The position numbers and the translations under genes were made by a program. The notes under the pieces are model-generated. The model worked only from the letters and a program-made list of their open reading frames with translations, searched no databases and was not told the origin of the DNA. A DNA stretch of 62,872 nucleotides, filler included, from Choristocarpus tenellus KU-1152 (lineage: Eukaryota; Protista; Phaeophyceae), in assembly GCA_964200185.2 (NCBI GenBank). It is 11 parts of 11 records of this genome, joined end to end, with 100 filler letters (N's around TTAATTAATTAA, not from the genome) between each part and the next. Parts side by side here need not be neighbours in the genome. Positions count along the whole stretch, not along the records: positions 33,772 to 41,823 come from CAXNAD020005220.1; positions 41,924 to 44,613 come from CAXNAD020025622.1; positions 44,714 to 48,029 come from CAXNAD020020853.1; positions 48,130 to 51,096 come from CAXNAD020023298.1; positions 51,197 to 56,660 come from CAXNAD020010706.1; 6 more parts are not named here. The stretch is one strand, 5' to 3'. Positions 40,215 through 51,539 of this stretch are shown piece after piece (the first letter of the stretch is position 1; every line of letters begins with the position of its first letter).

Positions 40215-40900
40215 AAACACGAGAAAATATTTTCATAACTTACTCTGTCTGCGCGCAATTGACGAACTGTGGCACCCCATCGACAAAGCTGGCACTCAAC
40301 AACTCGAAGTCTTCCCTGATACAACCCAGCCTCATCACCAGCACTGAACATCCCTCCGTAGCTGGAGTGGTCCCTGGTGTTCCATTCAACATTCTCCTTC
40401 TGGTGCAGAGTGAACGGCAGGAACACCAACCATTTGTACTCTCTCGGTTCTGTTCCCACAATGCAAGCATGACCCACCTCAAGCTGCCTCTTCTTCCTTC
40501 AGAGGTGACTCTGCAGGTACATGTCGGCCACCTGATCCTCAGGGGAAAACCCGAGGTCTATCTCCTTCAACGCAAGCATATGGGAGCCCTACCACCAATA
40601 GTTTGGTGCGTTGTCAATGGAACAGCTGCTACAGAGGCACGACCCCTCAGACTACATCACAACAAAAGAGTTAACATCGACTCATGGACTAGTGAAGAGC
40701 CTATGGATTGACTTCATGCTCTTGAACTTGGGGACGCGCTGATCGTGTTGTTCCTTCCGGTCGATTTTGTAAGCTGGAAGATGAATGATCTCCTGTCTTC
40801 TGATAATGTCAGTCAAGACGAGTTTCCTGTACACCTTAATGTGCAACTTGCCGTCACTGTCAATTCAATTCCATAGAAAAAGATCGTGGCACGTCGCGAA
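40215..40900 (-). mobile_element. Possible Copia RT/RNase H relic
   Basis: Weak decayed motifs (LVVGLPYA..RP, EYKWLVFL); low certainty. Confidence 0.3.
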
Positions 40901-41199
40901 GAGGGAGACGTTCAAGGCTGTTGCCAAAAGTCCAATCGATGTGTCTATATTATTATACTCACTAACATTTTGCAGATGTGTCAGGGGAAAAAAACTATGA
41001 AAAGCCAATTCAATATCAGAAACCCTGAAAAAGTAACAGTTTTGTAGTAAATATGCAAATATTTTTCTATGATCTATTTACTATTTTACTACCAACTTGC
41101 TACACCACTCCCCTCCAATGCCTCCAATCTAGCTTAGCCCTACACCCCAGGGGTGAGGAGCTAGGGAAGAATCCCAAGAATCTGACAAACCCCTCCTTC

Positions 41200-41410
41200 C
41201 TTGCCCATCTCCAAGGTGTCTCCAGCTTAAATCGCATGGCACGACTTGATAAAGCCACTTGTGTAGTGACAGACACTATCTTTCGTAAACAAGATTTGAC
41301 AGGTCCTTTCCTGCCGTAGCCTCCCGCCCCTCTCCCCCCTACCACGTGCGTAGTCAACTCATCCAGAAAACATTCTCGTTGCTTACCAAGTCGCCCAAAG
41401 GTTTCCACCG
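41200..41410 (-). mobile_element. 3' end of a non-LTR retrotransposon with restriction-like endonuclease (CRE-like)
   Basis: VETFGRLGKQRECFLDELTTHVVGG...KGPVKSCLRKIVSVTTQVALSSR resembles the RLE-domain tail (ExxGRLG...SVxxQ). Confidence 0.55.
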
Positions 41411-43587
41411 CTAAGGTGTGAGGTTAAAACTACTAGGGTCAAAAGAACCCTCATTTATTTGCATGGTGGTCCAAGGTCAAAAAAATATGTATCAAAGAGA
41501 GTAAAATATATTTTTTGAACCGTGCTAATCAACAGAGTTACATATTTTACCCAAAACATTTTGTAGATGTGTCAGGGAAAAAGCCAACTCAGTATCATAA
41601 AACCCCTGTAAAAGTAACAGTTGTACAATACTATTTTGCAGTTGTCTGCCGTGTGATGTGGACGTAGAAAAATGATACACAAAATATGTCGCAATTGAAC
41701 TGCTCATCATTCGAAAAAGTGTATCCCCAAACTTCCTTGTCGGACCTAAAGTATCTGGGGGGGGGGGGGGGGGGGGGTCCCCACCAGGGCCTCCTTTGGT
41801 TAAACAAAACAAAAAAGCACATCNNNNNNNNNNNNNNNNNNNNNNNNNNNNNNNNNNNNNNNNNNNNTTAATTAATTAANNNNNNNNNNNNNNNNNNNNN
41901 NNNNNNNNNNNNNNNNNNNNNNNCCCCCCCCCAAGATACTTTGACCGATTATCCAGGTGTGCCAAACCAATTGAGAGGTAAGCAGGGTTGCATTTTAAGA
42001 ATCCCGAGAGAGGGCAATAAGACGTCATTCTGTACAACTGGAGAAAGAGTATTCGCTGAAGTGTGGTGTCACTTTAAGTGTGGAGAGGTGGAATATCAAT
42101 TTTTTGTACACAATAGTATATAGTAAGTAATGAAATAGAGTATTACACAGGGTAAGAAAGATGACATAGAATGCAAAAAGGTCTAAACCTGCCTAACTCC
42201 CAATTGGCTTGGCTCAGGTCCACGTCAAGAGTCAATTTATCTCAAACATCTGTCAGGACGATTTTGGAGCCACTTGGTGTACAACATTCACTTTCCAGGA
42301 CAATGGCATACTCCATTTGCTCTACTGCAACGTATGTTGTCGATGAAATGCTCTCACTTACATCTATTATGAAGGGAAATACTCAGACCAAGCCATTTGC
42401 CGCATATGGTGTGCTATCGTGATAAACGGTCGGGGGAATTATCTGTAATGTCTGGCATCCAGACAATACTTTGTCTATTGTATAGTGATAAAACGTGGTT
42501 CTATGTTACATATTGTTGTCTGCGGTGTGCACTGCTGTATCTGGTGGAATCTGGTACTGGTTCAAAATTCGAACATAGACTCATCACTATGGGATGACTG
42601 GAACCTCATAGTGATCCGAAACTTGAACCTGGATCAACCACTGCAGGACAAAAAAAAACAAGTACTGGTGATCTGAAAAAAAGTCAAACCCAGATCAACT
42701 GCTCAGTATTACCAGACCCGGAACTGACACTACTGTAACCTTAGCACACAAGCCCTATGAACAAGGTTGGATCCATGGGAACCGCAAGCTCAGTTGTGGA
42801 CCTTTTGTGGAGACACAGCAGATAGCTCAGGTGGCCATTGTCCACGATTTCCTTACGTATGGGTAGGTAGAACAGAAACACTGGTAGCATCTGCTGCTCT
42901 TTTCGGCTCTTGCCCTGTTGATGGGGTGAGGAGTTAGAAACTCAAGACTATCTCTTCTTTCAACTTGGAAGCGAAAATCTCTCTGTTACATCCTACTCTG
43001 GAATACTTGGAAGTGTCTGCTAAAAAATTAAGTTGGGATTAGCGTTGGGGATAGAAAAAAAGCTCAATAAAACACACACACAGAAAATACATTAGAGAAC
43101 AGTTTACAATAGTACTGCAGGGTACGAAAATTTTACCCCAAATTTTCAAGGCAACCCTCAAACATAAAAGTGGGCACATTTTTTAGTCCTAAATCGTGTA
43201 TCTCAATATCGTACAATAGGGTGATTGCGATGTTGGTATTCAGAGTTCACAATGGAAGCGTAGTGGACAATACTGTTGTGGGAATAGAGCGAACTCAAAT
43301 CCCAGACTTAACAGGAACTCAGAAATGTTGCCTTCAGCGAGGACTTGGACCAGGTTTGTGGTCAATCCGCCTTTTGATCCGGACCTGACCATAGGTTGTG
43401 ATATTCATGCCACAAATAAAGAAGGGAAGGTAGCAAGGCGAGAATGGTGACATCTACTAGATCAGCTCTTCTATTGGTACATCTGTAGCTTTTCGTACGA
43501 TGCCTTGTGTCCCTTCAATCATAGCATGACTCACAAACCAAAAAGTAGCTACATGGCCTTAGCTCGAGGCCCATAGTATTCTAGTGT

Positions 43588-44613
43588 AGTGATACCACTA
43601 GCTTCGCCATCAGGGGTTGTCATGTCATACTTTTTGATGTAGACATCGGATAAAAACAATAAAAGCATATTGGCTATGCCCGTCACAACGCCCTCCAGAG
43701 TACGGGTTTCGTCTTTTTTTCGCCATTTTTTTCTTGAAGAAAGAGCGGTCATATTGGGGTTCGAACCCAGGATTGTAGGTCACCAAGAGTGGCATCCACT
43801 AGTACTTGATTAAATTAGAGTATAGGGTTTAGAGAGGAAAAACGACTCTCCATCCTTTCTTCGCGCACCCACTCTTTGTCCTCGGCAAGGATGTCTTCGT
43901 TGAGGCCCAGGACGAAACTCCTCTCATAGCGCCCTTGCTCCCGCACGTTGATGTGGCCCTTAGTTAGGAAGTCCCTCTCCCATTTACTCACAGTTGCCGG
44001 GCTGACCATCACCTATCCTGCTGCCATCTCGAGCGCTGTTTGACCGTCTTTCCCATCGTTCATACACACGTACAGGATTCGAGTGTTAGAGCCTTGACTA
44101 TCACATTTCCTTGTTGAGCGCTGGAAATGGGTATTGTCCGTGTTTCCTGGACGAGTGATATTTCTTTTCATCAAGACGCAAGGGCGAGGGATGACGGACT
44201 TGAGTTGATCGAAAACTGTGTTGAATTCTCGAATGAATGCAGGCTGGGAGAATACCTTAATCAACTTTATACACATCCAACCCCAAGTCCAGGAACAAAG
44301 TGAATGTATGGCATCTTGCAAGAAGTGGGAGATTCTAAACCTCTGGTGTGTAAATAGTTTTAATCTCACCTCCTCTTCTTCCCTGGTGTCCAAGTCGATG
44401 GCTACCTCCACCTGCTTCGCGACCTCTTCGAAGTAAAGGATTTGGTGGTATCGAAAAGTGTTCACAGCTTCCTTTGTTACAATCGCTTTTCCTCCACCGT
44501 GCGAGCCCTTTCGACCTTCTTTCGGGCTTCAGAGCCCTTGTAGCCCAACCCTAACACCTTCTTTCTCATTTCCTTAAGCCACTCTGGGTCGCATAGCCTC
44601 CAAACAGCCAGGG
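43588..44613 (-). mobile_element. ITm (IS630-Tc1-mariner) deletion derivative, copy 1
   Basis: Collinear with 46074-47030; encodes WERDFLTKGHINVREQGRYERSFVLGLNEDILAEDKEWVRE. Confidence 0.8.
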
Positions 44614-44713
44614 NNNNNNNNNNNNNNNNNNNNNNNNNNNNNNNNNNNNNNNNNNNNTTAATTAATTAANNNNNNNNNNNNNNNNNNNNNNNNNNNNNNN
44701 NNNNNNNNNNNNN

Positions 44714-44781
44714 CCAAAATCGCGACATATAAAAATTGACCCCAAATGAACAGCTGCCACCCCCTCCCAGATACTTGAGCC
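44714..44781 (+). mobile_element. MITE family B right end at contig start
   Basis: CCAAAATCGCGACAT...CCCCCTCCCAGATACTTGAGCC. Confidence 0.75.
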
Positions 44782-46073
44782 TAATGTTAACTGGACCTGG
44801 GTTGGGTCAATCCCAAATTGTCTCAAGCAAATGTGGGAATACACCTTACATCAGTTTAGTTACGCCTATATATTCTCATCATCAATACATAATTATCCAA
44901 TATCCCACAGAACAGGGTTCGTACTATCTTTAGAGTATGTTTTAACAGGACCGCGGGTAGGCCCTTGCCCTTTTCCAGTTATGATCTTTGATGGCTTGGG
45001 ACTGGACATTAAAAATAATTCTTCACTGGGACCGGTCTCCAGCTCATGGTCAGTTAAAATTTGGACGGTTCTGGACTGCCCTTATCAAAAGATATGTAAC
45101 AAAGGCCAGCTTGCGACCTGGTCAGCCTGAAATCTCTGAGACAGTCTTAGACTAGTCCCCACTGATATAACATATTTCGCTAAGGTTGGCCTGTGGTCCG
45201 GTCCTGTCACGTTTATCGAAAAGTCCTTCAAATATTCTTACCGAACTGGCTCGCAGCCTAGTTGATATAAAATCCTCAAGAACCTTGTCCGACCCCATTA
45301 GAAAATGCAATTACCTGGCCTGCACAGTTCGGGTTCAATCCCTGTTACCTTGTGCACTGTGAAACCCTGATTTTTTGGAGTGACTAGAATCGTGCGTATT
45401 GAAAGCTCAAGCAAAAACCGCGAAATATGCTTTCCCCAATCACCCACAAAACAGTTCTTACATCGTAAAACAAATTTAAGTCCACTTCTCAATGAATGTA
45501 CTACATGCTCCATAAAAGTAGTACTTGATAACAAGATCACGCCGTTCATTGCTTGTAACAGCACCGGAAGCAGTAGTAATAGTGATAGTGCATCTATTTC
45601 ATTGGTTGGATCATGGCAGACGCAGGGCTTGTAGGGACTTTGGGAACGCCGTAAGGGGCGTGGAATAATCGAGAAAAACAAATCGTAGAAGATTTTCGCC
45701 TGACATACCGAAACCATAATTTTCGTTTCAATGTTTATGCCATTTTTTGACCTCGAAATGTGAAAATCTGAGATTTGCCTCTATATCCGGTTACTAAAAA
45801 AAAGTTGTCCCCCTCTCCCACATTTTCCCAAATATTCTAGGCATATGACATACACCCGTAATATTAGTGTTTTCTTCCAATCTATTCTTTCAGAACCTAG
45901 TTTGAATTTTATCCTTGAGAAAACCATAACCAAAATGATGGAAGCCTTAAAGAAAGGGAGAAGGTCTCAAAGTTTTGTGAGGAAGAAAATTTCAATTTAT
46001 ACAAAAATTTGGCTTTTCTTTTCCTTATTTATACTTTTACCCTTCCCTGTGTTTTGGGAAAGTTTCAGGGCTA

Positions 46074-47990
46074 AAGTGGTATCAGTAGGTTATGGGTCTG
46101 GGGTTGTTCCGTCATAACGTTTGATGTAGACATCGGATTTAAAAAGTAAAGTATATTCGTGATGCCCGTCACAATGCCCTCCAGGCTTCATTTAAAAAAA
46201 AAAGAAAGAGTGGTCATATTGGGGTTCGAACCCTGGATTGTAGGTCACCAAGAGTGACAACAGATGCACTATTACTTGATTAAAGTATATAAGGTTTAGG
46301 TGGGAAAAAAGCAACCCCACCCTTCCTTCCTGTGTGTTCGCGCACCCACTCTTTGATCTCGGCAAGGATGTCCTCGTCGAGGCCCTGGACGAAACGCCTC
46401 TCATAGCGCCCTTGCTCCGACACCGTGATGTGGCCCTTAGTTAGGAAGTTTCTCTCCCAATTATTAACAGTTTCCGACCTGACCATCGCATATCCTGCTG
46501 CCATCTTGGGCGCAGTTTGACAGTCTTTCCTGTCGTTTATACACACATACAGAATTTGCAGTGTTAGAGCCTTTACCATCACATTTCCTCGTTGAGCGCT
46601 GGAAATGGGTGTCGTTCGTGTTTCCTGGGCGGGTGATATTTTATCATCAAGGCGCAAGAGTGAGGGAGGACAGACTTGAGTTGAACGAAAATTGTGTCGA
46701 TTTCTCTAATGAATGCAGGCTGGGAGAAAGCCTTAATCAACTTTATGTGTCCAAACCTAAGTTCAGGAACAAAAGTGAATGTACGGCATTTTGCAAGAGA
46801 CCATTGGTGTGCAAATAGTCTCAATCTCACCTCCTCTTCTGCCCAAGCATCTCCGTCGATGGCTACCTCCACCTGCTTCACGACCTCTTCTAGGTAAAGA
46901 ATTTGGTGGTATCAAAAATTCTCCACGGCTGCCTTTGTTACAATCGCTTTCTCCTCTGCCTTGTGAGCCCTTTCCATCTTCTTTCAGTCTTCAGAGCCCT
47001 TGTAGCCCAACCCTAACACCTTTCTCGTTTCCTTAAGCTACACTGGTTCGCACAGTTTCCAAACAGCCAGGGCCTGCTGCAACTGTCGACTACTAAGATA
47101 TTCTACACCCGGGTTTTCGTTTAAGCGTTTCCTGAGAGCAATGGTATGCAGTCGCACTCCTCTCCTCCCCAACCTTCCCTTTGGGCGGCCACTCTGGTTC
47201 TCCCTTCATCTGCCGCGACCAGGCTTACCCACACACTTCATCACTGTACCACCTGGCGATGGACTCGCCACTCTCTTCCTGTTTTCCCGAGGTGGCAGAG
47301 ACTGAAGAGCAGCTCTCCGAAGTGGTTGAAGACCCAACCACTTTGTGTGGTAATGCTTTCAATGCATCTTCTCTCAGCGTCTGTGTCACGACCGCGTGGT
47401 CCATTTCACGATTCGATCATGCTGCTGCGTCACACTACTTGCACTTTCTCGTCACCTAACATCGCATTGAGTTTCACATGGTTCTTGTTTCTCTGTCGCC
47501 TTTTGACAAAGAAGTTGCCGAGGGTAGATCCAGGGGGCAGAGTGGCCTCGGCGGCCCTCTTTGTCTCACGGTCGTGGTTCATGTTGGTGTGTAACTCACG
47601 CGTGTGTGTGCTCACAGAAAGTCTGCAAAAGGCGTTAAAAAGAGATGTCCCAATAAAAAAATGTCTGGAAATATTGGGGTTTTAGTCTGCTTTTTATTCA
47701 GTGCAGCCCCACCGCCCAAACTTGGGCAGCAACCTACACCGGACCAGATTTCTGAAAGGAGTTCAGCCAACCACTTCATTTTAACCCATTTTGAAGTCGA
47801 GACCTTCGACCTTCAAATTTGCGCTGGCGATATTCTCCCGCGTTTTTCCCATTACTTCATTGGGACATAGCTCCCATTCCCTGAAGCCCATGTATTCATG
47901 GATGCAAACCTTCAAGAATTTTTGTCATACCCCTTCATTTGATACACATATAATTTTATTATTATGGCCTCTGACATTTTCCAGATAACA
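46074..47990 (-). mobile_element. ITm deletion derivative, copy 2
   Basis: About 1.9 kb of homology to 51540-53573 in reverse orientation; HTH-region peptide TVNNWERNFLTKGHITVSEQGRYERRF...EIKEWVREHTGRKG. Confidence 0.82.
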
Positions 47991-48129
47991 GTGGATTCTA
48001 AAAATTGAGGATGGAGCGTACTATTGAGGNNNNNNNNNNNNNNNNNNNNNNNNNNNNNNNNNNNNNNNNNNNNTTAATTAATTAANNNNNNNNNNNNNNN
48101 NNNNNNNNNNNNNNNNNNNNNNNNNNNNN

Positions 48130-48392
48130 CAAGTCAACGTATCTTAGATGGTAAAGTCGCGTCCGTTTGGGGGCCAAAATCCAATGTTGCGATTTTGATG
48201 TAATTTTGGCTATCGTGTTTGTTAGGAAATGTCAACATCCTTGTTTCGGACACACTTTTCATAACGCACACATTTTACCTACTCCGAAACGTTTCGGAGT
48301 AGGTTAAATGTCATAAAAAACCCTTGGGAAGCCAAGACCCAAACGAACGGACAAACAGGGCAAAACTCGTACCCTCTAAGATACTTTAACTC
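48130..48392 (-). mobile_element. MITE family A, near-full copy
   Basis: Reverse-complement match to 16525-16773. Confidence 0.88.
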
Positions 48393-49070
48393 AGAATGCA
48401 AACCTGTCTACATCTCATTTGGTTTGGCTCACAGCATTGATAGGATGACACACCACCTTAATCAACCAGGGGACCCTCTTCAAGTTATCCACACACAAAG
48501 CAACCAGCTCACTGCAAGGGCGAGTTGTGAGGTTGGTCTACGTCTACTTGTACCAGGTCTTATGTTGGAGGTAATGGCACTCTTATTGAAGGCCTCACCA
48601 GATAGGACACTGTTCTCCGTTGAGCTTAACATAAGCTCAAGAAAAACATTAAACCCACACTGATGGTAAAAGGTGTCATTCGATTACAGTAAAGCTTTTT
48701 TATTCCGTGTTTGCTACAGTTGCTGTAATTTATGTGGATCCTGTCTTGGTGTAAGGAGATGGTTTGTAGTACTGTACACACCAAATGTTGCTACTAGTAT
48801 TACACAAAGTAGGAACTGTGTTTGTAGGAAGATAGTGTGTGTGGAACAGTATACTAGTGATGGATCGGGACATTGAAATATATTAACGTTGAGGTAACAT
48901 CCTAGCAAATGATTGAGTTGGTGATCTAACGAATTACACGAAAACGTGATCATGAAGATTAGGAACTACACTCCCTTATCCATAGGACTCACTCTTCGCT
49001 GTAACTTAATAAAAAATATTCTACATAACAATCTTCTTCTTTGCGGTGAAGCAGTACACTATTTTAGTGT

Positions 49071-49249
49071 GGACCCAAAATATCTGGGGAGGGGGGGTGT
49101 CTACACCAGAGTGTCCATTTGACCCCAAACTAGGAAAGTGAACTTTCATTATCCATCCAGCGTATGGAACCAAATCACCCAAAAATCGCAACACGAAAAA
49201 ATAGGCCCCAAATGAACAGCCGCCACCCCCCCCCCAGATACTCTCAGCC
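49071..49249 (+). mobile_element. MITE family B, full copy (179 bp), TSD TGT
   Basis: TGT|GGACCCAAAATATCTGGGGAGGGGGG...CCCCCCCAGATACTCTCAGCC|TGT. Confidence 0.88.
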
Positions 49250-51539
49250 TGTCTGTGCTAATATCCTGTTGGTGAAATCAGTCTAAATAGAATCGTTCTG
49301 GTTTTGTTTTGTTGCTTGGTCTTTGGAAATATGCACACAATAGTTACTATTCGTTGGACGAAACGGAAGGATGGCCTTGAGAGTGTGCTGTAATAAGACA
49401 AAACGCAGAGGAATGCAATCTTGCATAGGATTTGTATATTATTGAATGGTTCCTCATTTCGGCAATGGACTCTTTTCATAACCCTGAATGTCAAGCAGTT
49501 GTGTTACTACACAAATCGCGTGTTCTCCATTCATTCTTATTAATTTTAGAGAACTAAATGTACTGGTTAGACAGAGTAGCCCCGCTGCTGATGGTCATAT
49601 AAGTCATTATCATCTACAACTCCTTACAAATGACTCCTTGGTACCCACACTAAATCAGCACTGTGGTCACGGATGGGTGGGTATAATTTATCCAACCTGG
49701 AGAAATTCTTGATCTCTTACCTGGTCGTCTTCTGGGGCTTCTATGCTGATCCAAATATATGGACAGTATCCTTCAGACCTCTAACTACCTCTTCAACAAC
49801 TTACTTATTGCACATAGCGCTCCCCTTCTCTATCCACGTAGTAATGTTCCATCATACATGGTCAAAGGCACTCAAATGACTTCTTGTGTAACATGCAATG
49901 ACAAAACAATACAGAAGTTGAATATACTTCGAAGCACATAATACATACATTGAAGAACAGACACGGCGTTGTTTCTTAATCCAATGATATTATGTACCTG
50001 TAGCTTCAACAATATTGACAGGAACAATGATTACCCCTCTAGCGTTGGGTCCCCTACCAATCAATGCATAGATTGTTTGCCACATTCATATATCCAACTT
50101 CCCATGATCGTATTATTGGTGGTGCAGAGGTCTCACAACAAGGAGAAGCCTAGAGTATTAGGGACATTTTGTAATAAGTACAGCACAGTATTTGTTTAGG
50201 AAGAAGTAATCAGTTTATTGGAGGTTGGACAGGGTGGTAAGGAAGATTGGATCAGCACGAGGATTGCAGTGACAAGGAATTAGGAAGTTTATCGTATCTT
50301 GCATTATATAGTGTATGTTATTATGCCCACTGACATTTGTAGATACATGTCATGCGTGGAACAAGAAGAAACATATAGAACTCTAAATTTTACTCCCTCA
50401 TGAACCCACCAACAATAACCAATCGATTTTACATCTTCTTCTTCGTGTCCAATCTATTCGTATGACTTCGAGAGGTACGTACTACTGCGTCTTTCAAAGT
50501 ATATACGTATCTCTTTCCAATTATTATTTTTTCTTTTTTCTTTTTCTATCTTTCTTCCTTCACTGTTACTGCTTCGCTATTCTTTTTCCTTGCACTTGTT
50601 GCCTTTCTTAATTAGAGTGTGTGTAGAGTGTGTATTGCCTTCTTTCCAGCACAGATCTGGGGTCCCTCAGACCAATATGATGAAAAATCTACATATTGTC
50701 AGCGACAGCAATACTACTACTACTTCTGCTGCTACTATGCTATTTATCTGTTGTACATACGTGGAGAGGAGACGGGCAAAAAGATAATCCCTCTCCCACT
50801 GCTCTACGACCACCTTGCCTACTATTAGAAAGGTATCTTGCCTCCACTATTTGAATACCCTGTTTGGACGGTTGAGCAAGATACTTTGTACTCCTAATAG
50901 ACAAACGCGTGCTGGTAGTTAGGCTTGTGCAATATAGGCTACGTAGTCTATCCCGTCTTTCTGTCTTTAGTGACCAGAACTATACAACAGAAGTATTGCC
51001 TGAATGAAGTAAGTGTCAAGGACTTGATTTCGTGTGTTTAGAGTAACAGGTTCAAGTTTCGTTGGATTGATGACCCAAAGTATCTGGGAGGGGGGGNNNN
51101 NNNNNNNNNNNNNNNNNNNNNNNNNNNNNNNNNNNNNNNNTTAATTAATTAANNNNNNNNNNNNNNNNNNNNNNNNNNNNNNNNNNNNNNNNNNNNCATC
51201 TTGCAGAGGTTTCCCGCGGCACAAGGCATGGCTTCCACTTTCTTCCCCTACCAGCAACGTACTGTACTGCTGTGTGGTCATGACTCAGGAAGAAAGGAAC
51301 TTTTCGCAAAAAAAAAATACGCGCGCGCCAAACTCGCGTGAATATCTCCCCGATTCTGTACCAAATCGCCCGAATACGAGAATTCCGGTACTAAAGCCTA
51401 TTTTTTTTAGTATGTCGAAAAAAGCGGTACAAAAATGGGGTTGGTATATAATATTTGGTATAAAATAGGTGTAGGTACTGTAGCATTTATACATACATTT
51501 CTATTTTTTTATTTGCAGGAGTGTTTATTGATTTTGAGT

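Noticed and set aside
40091-40711. 206-aa plus-strand ORF
   Set aside because: No recognisable motif; overlaps a probable retroelement relic on the opposite strand.
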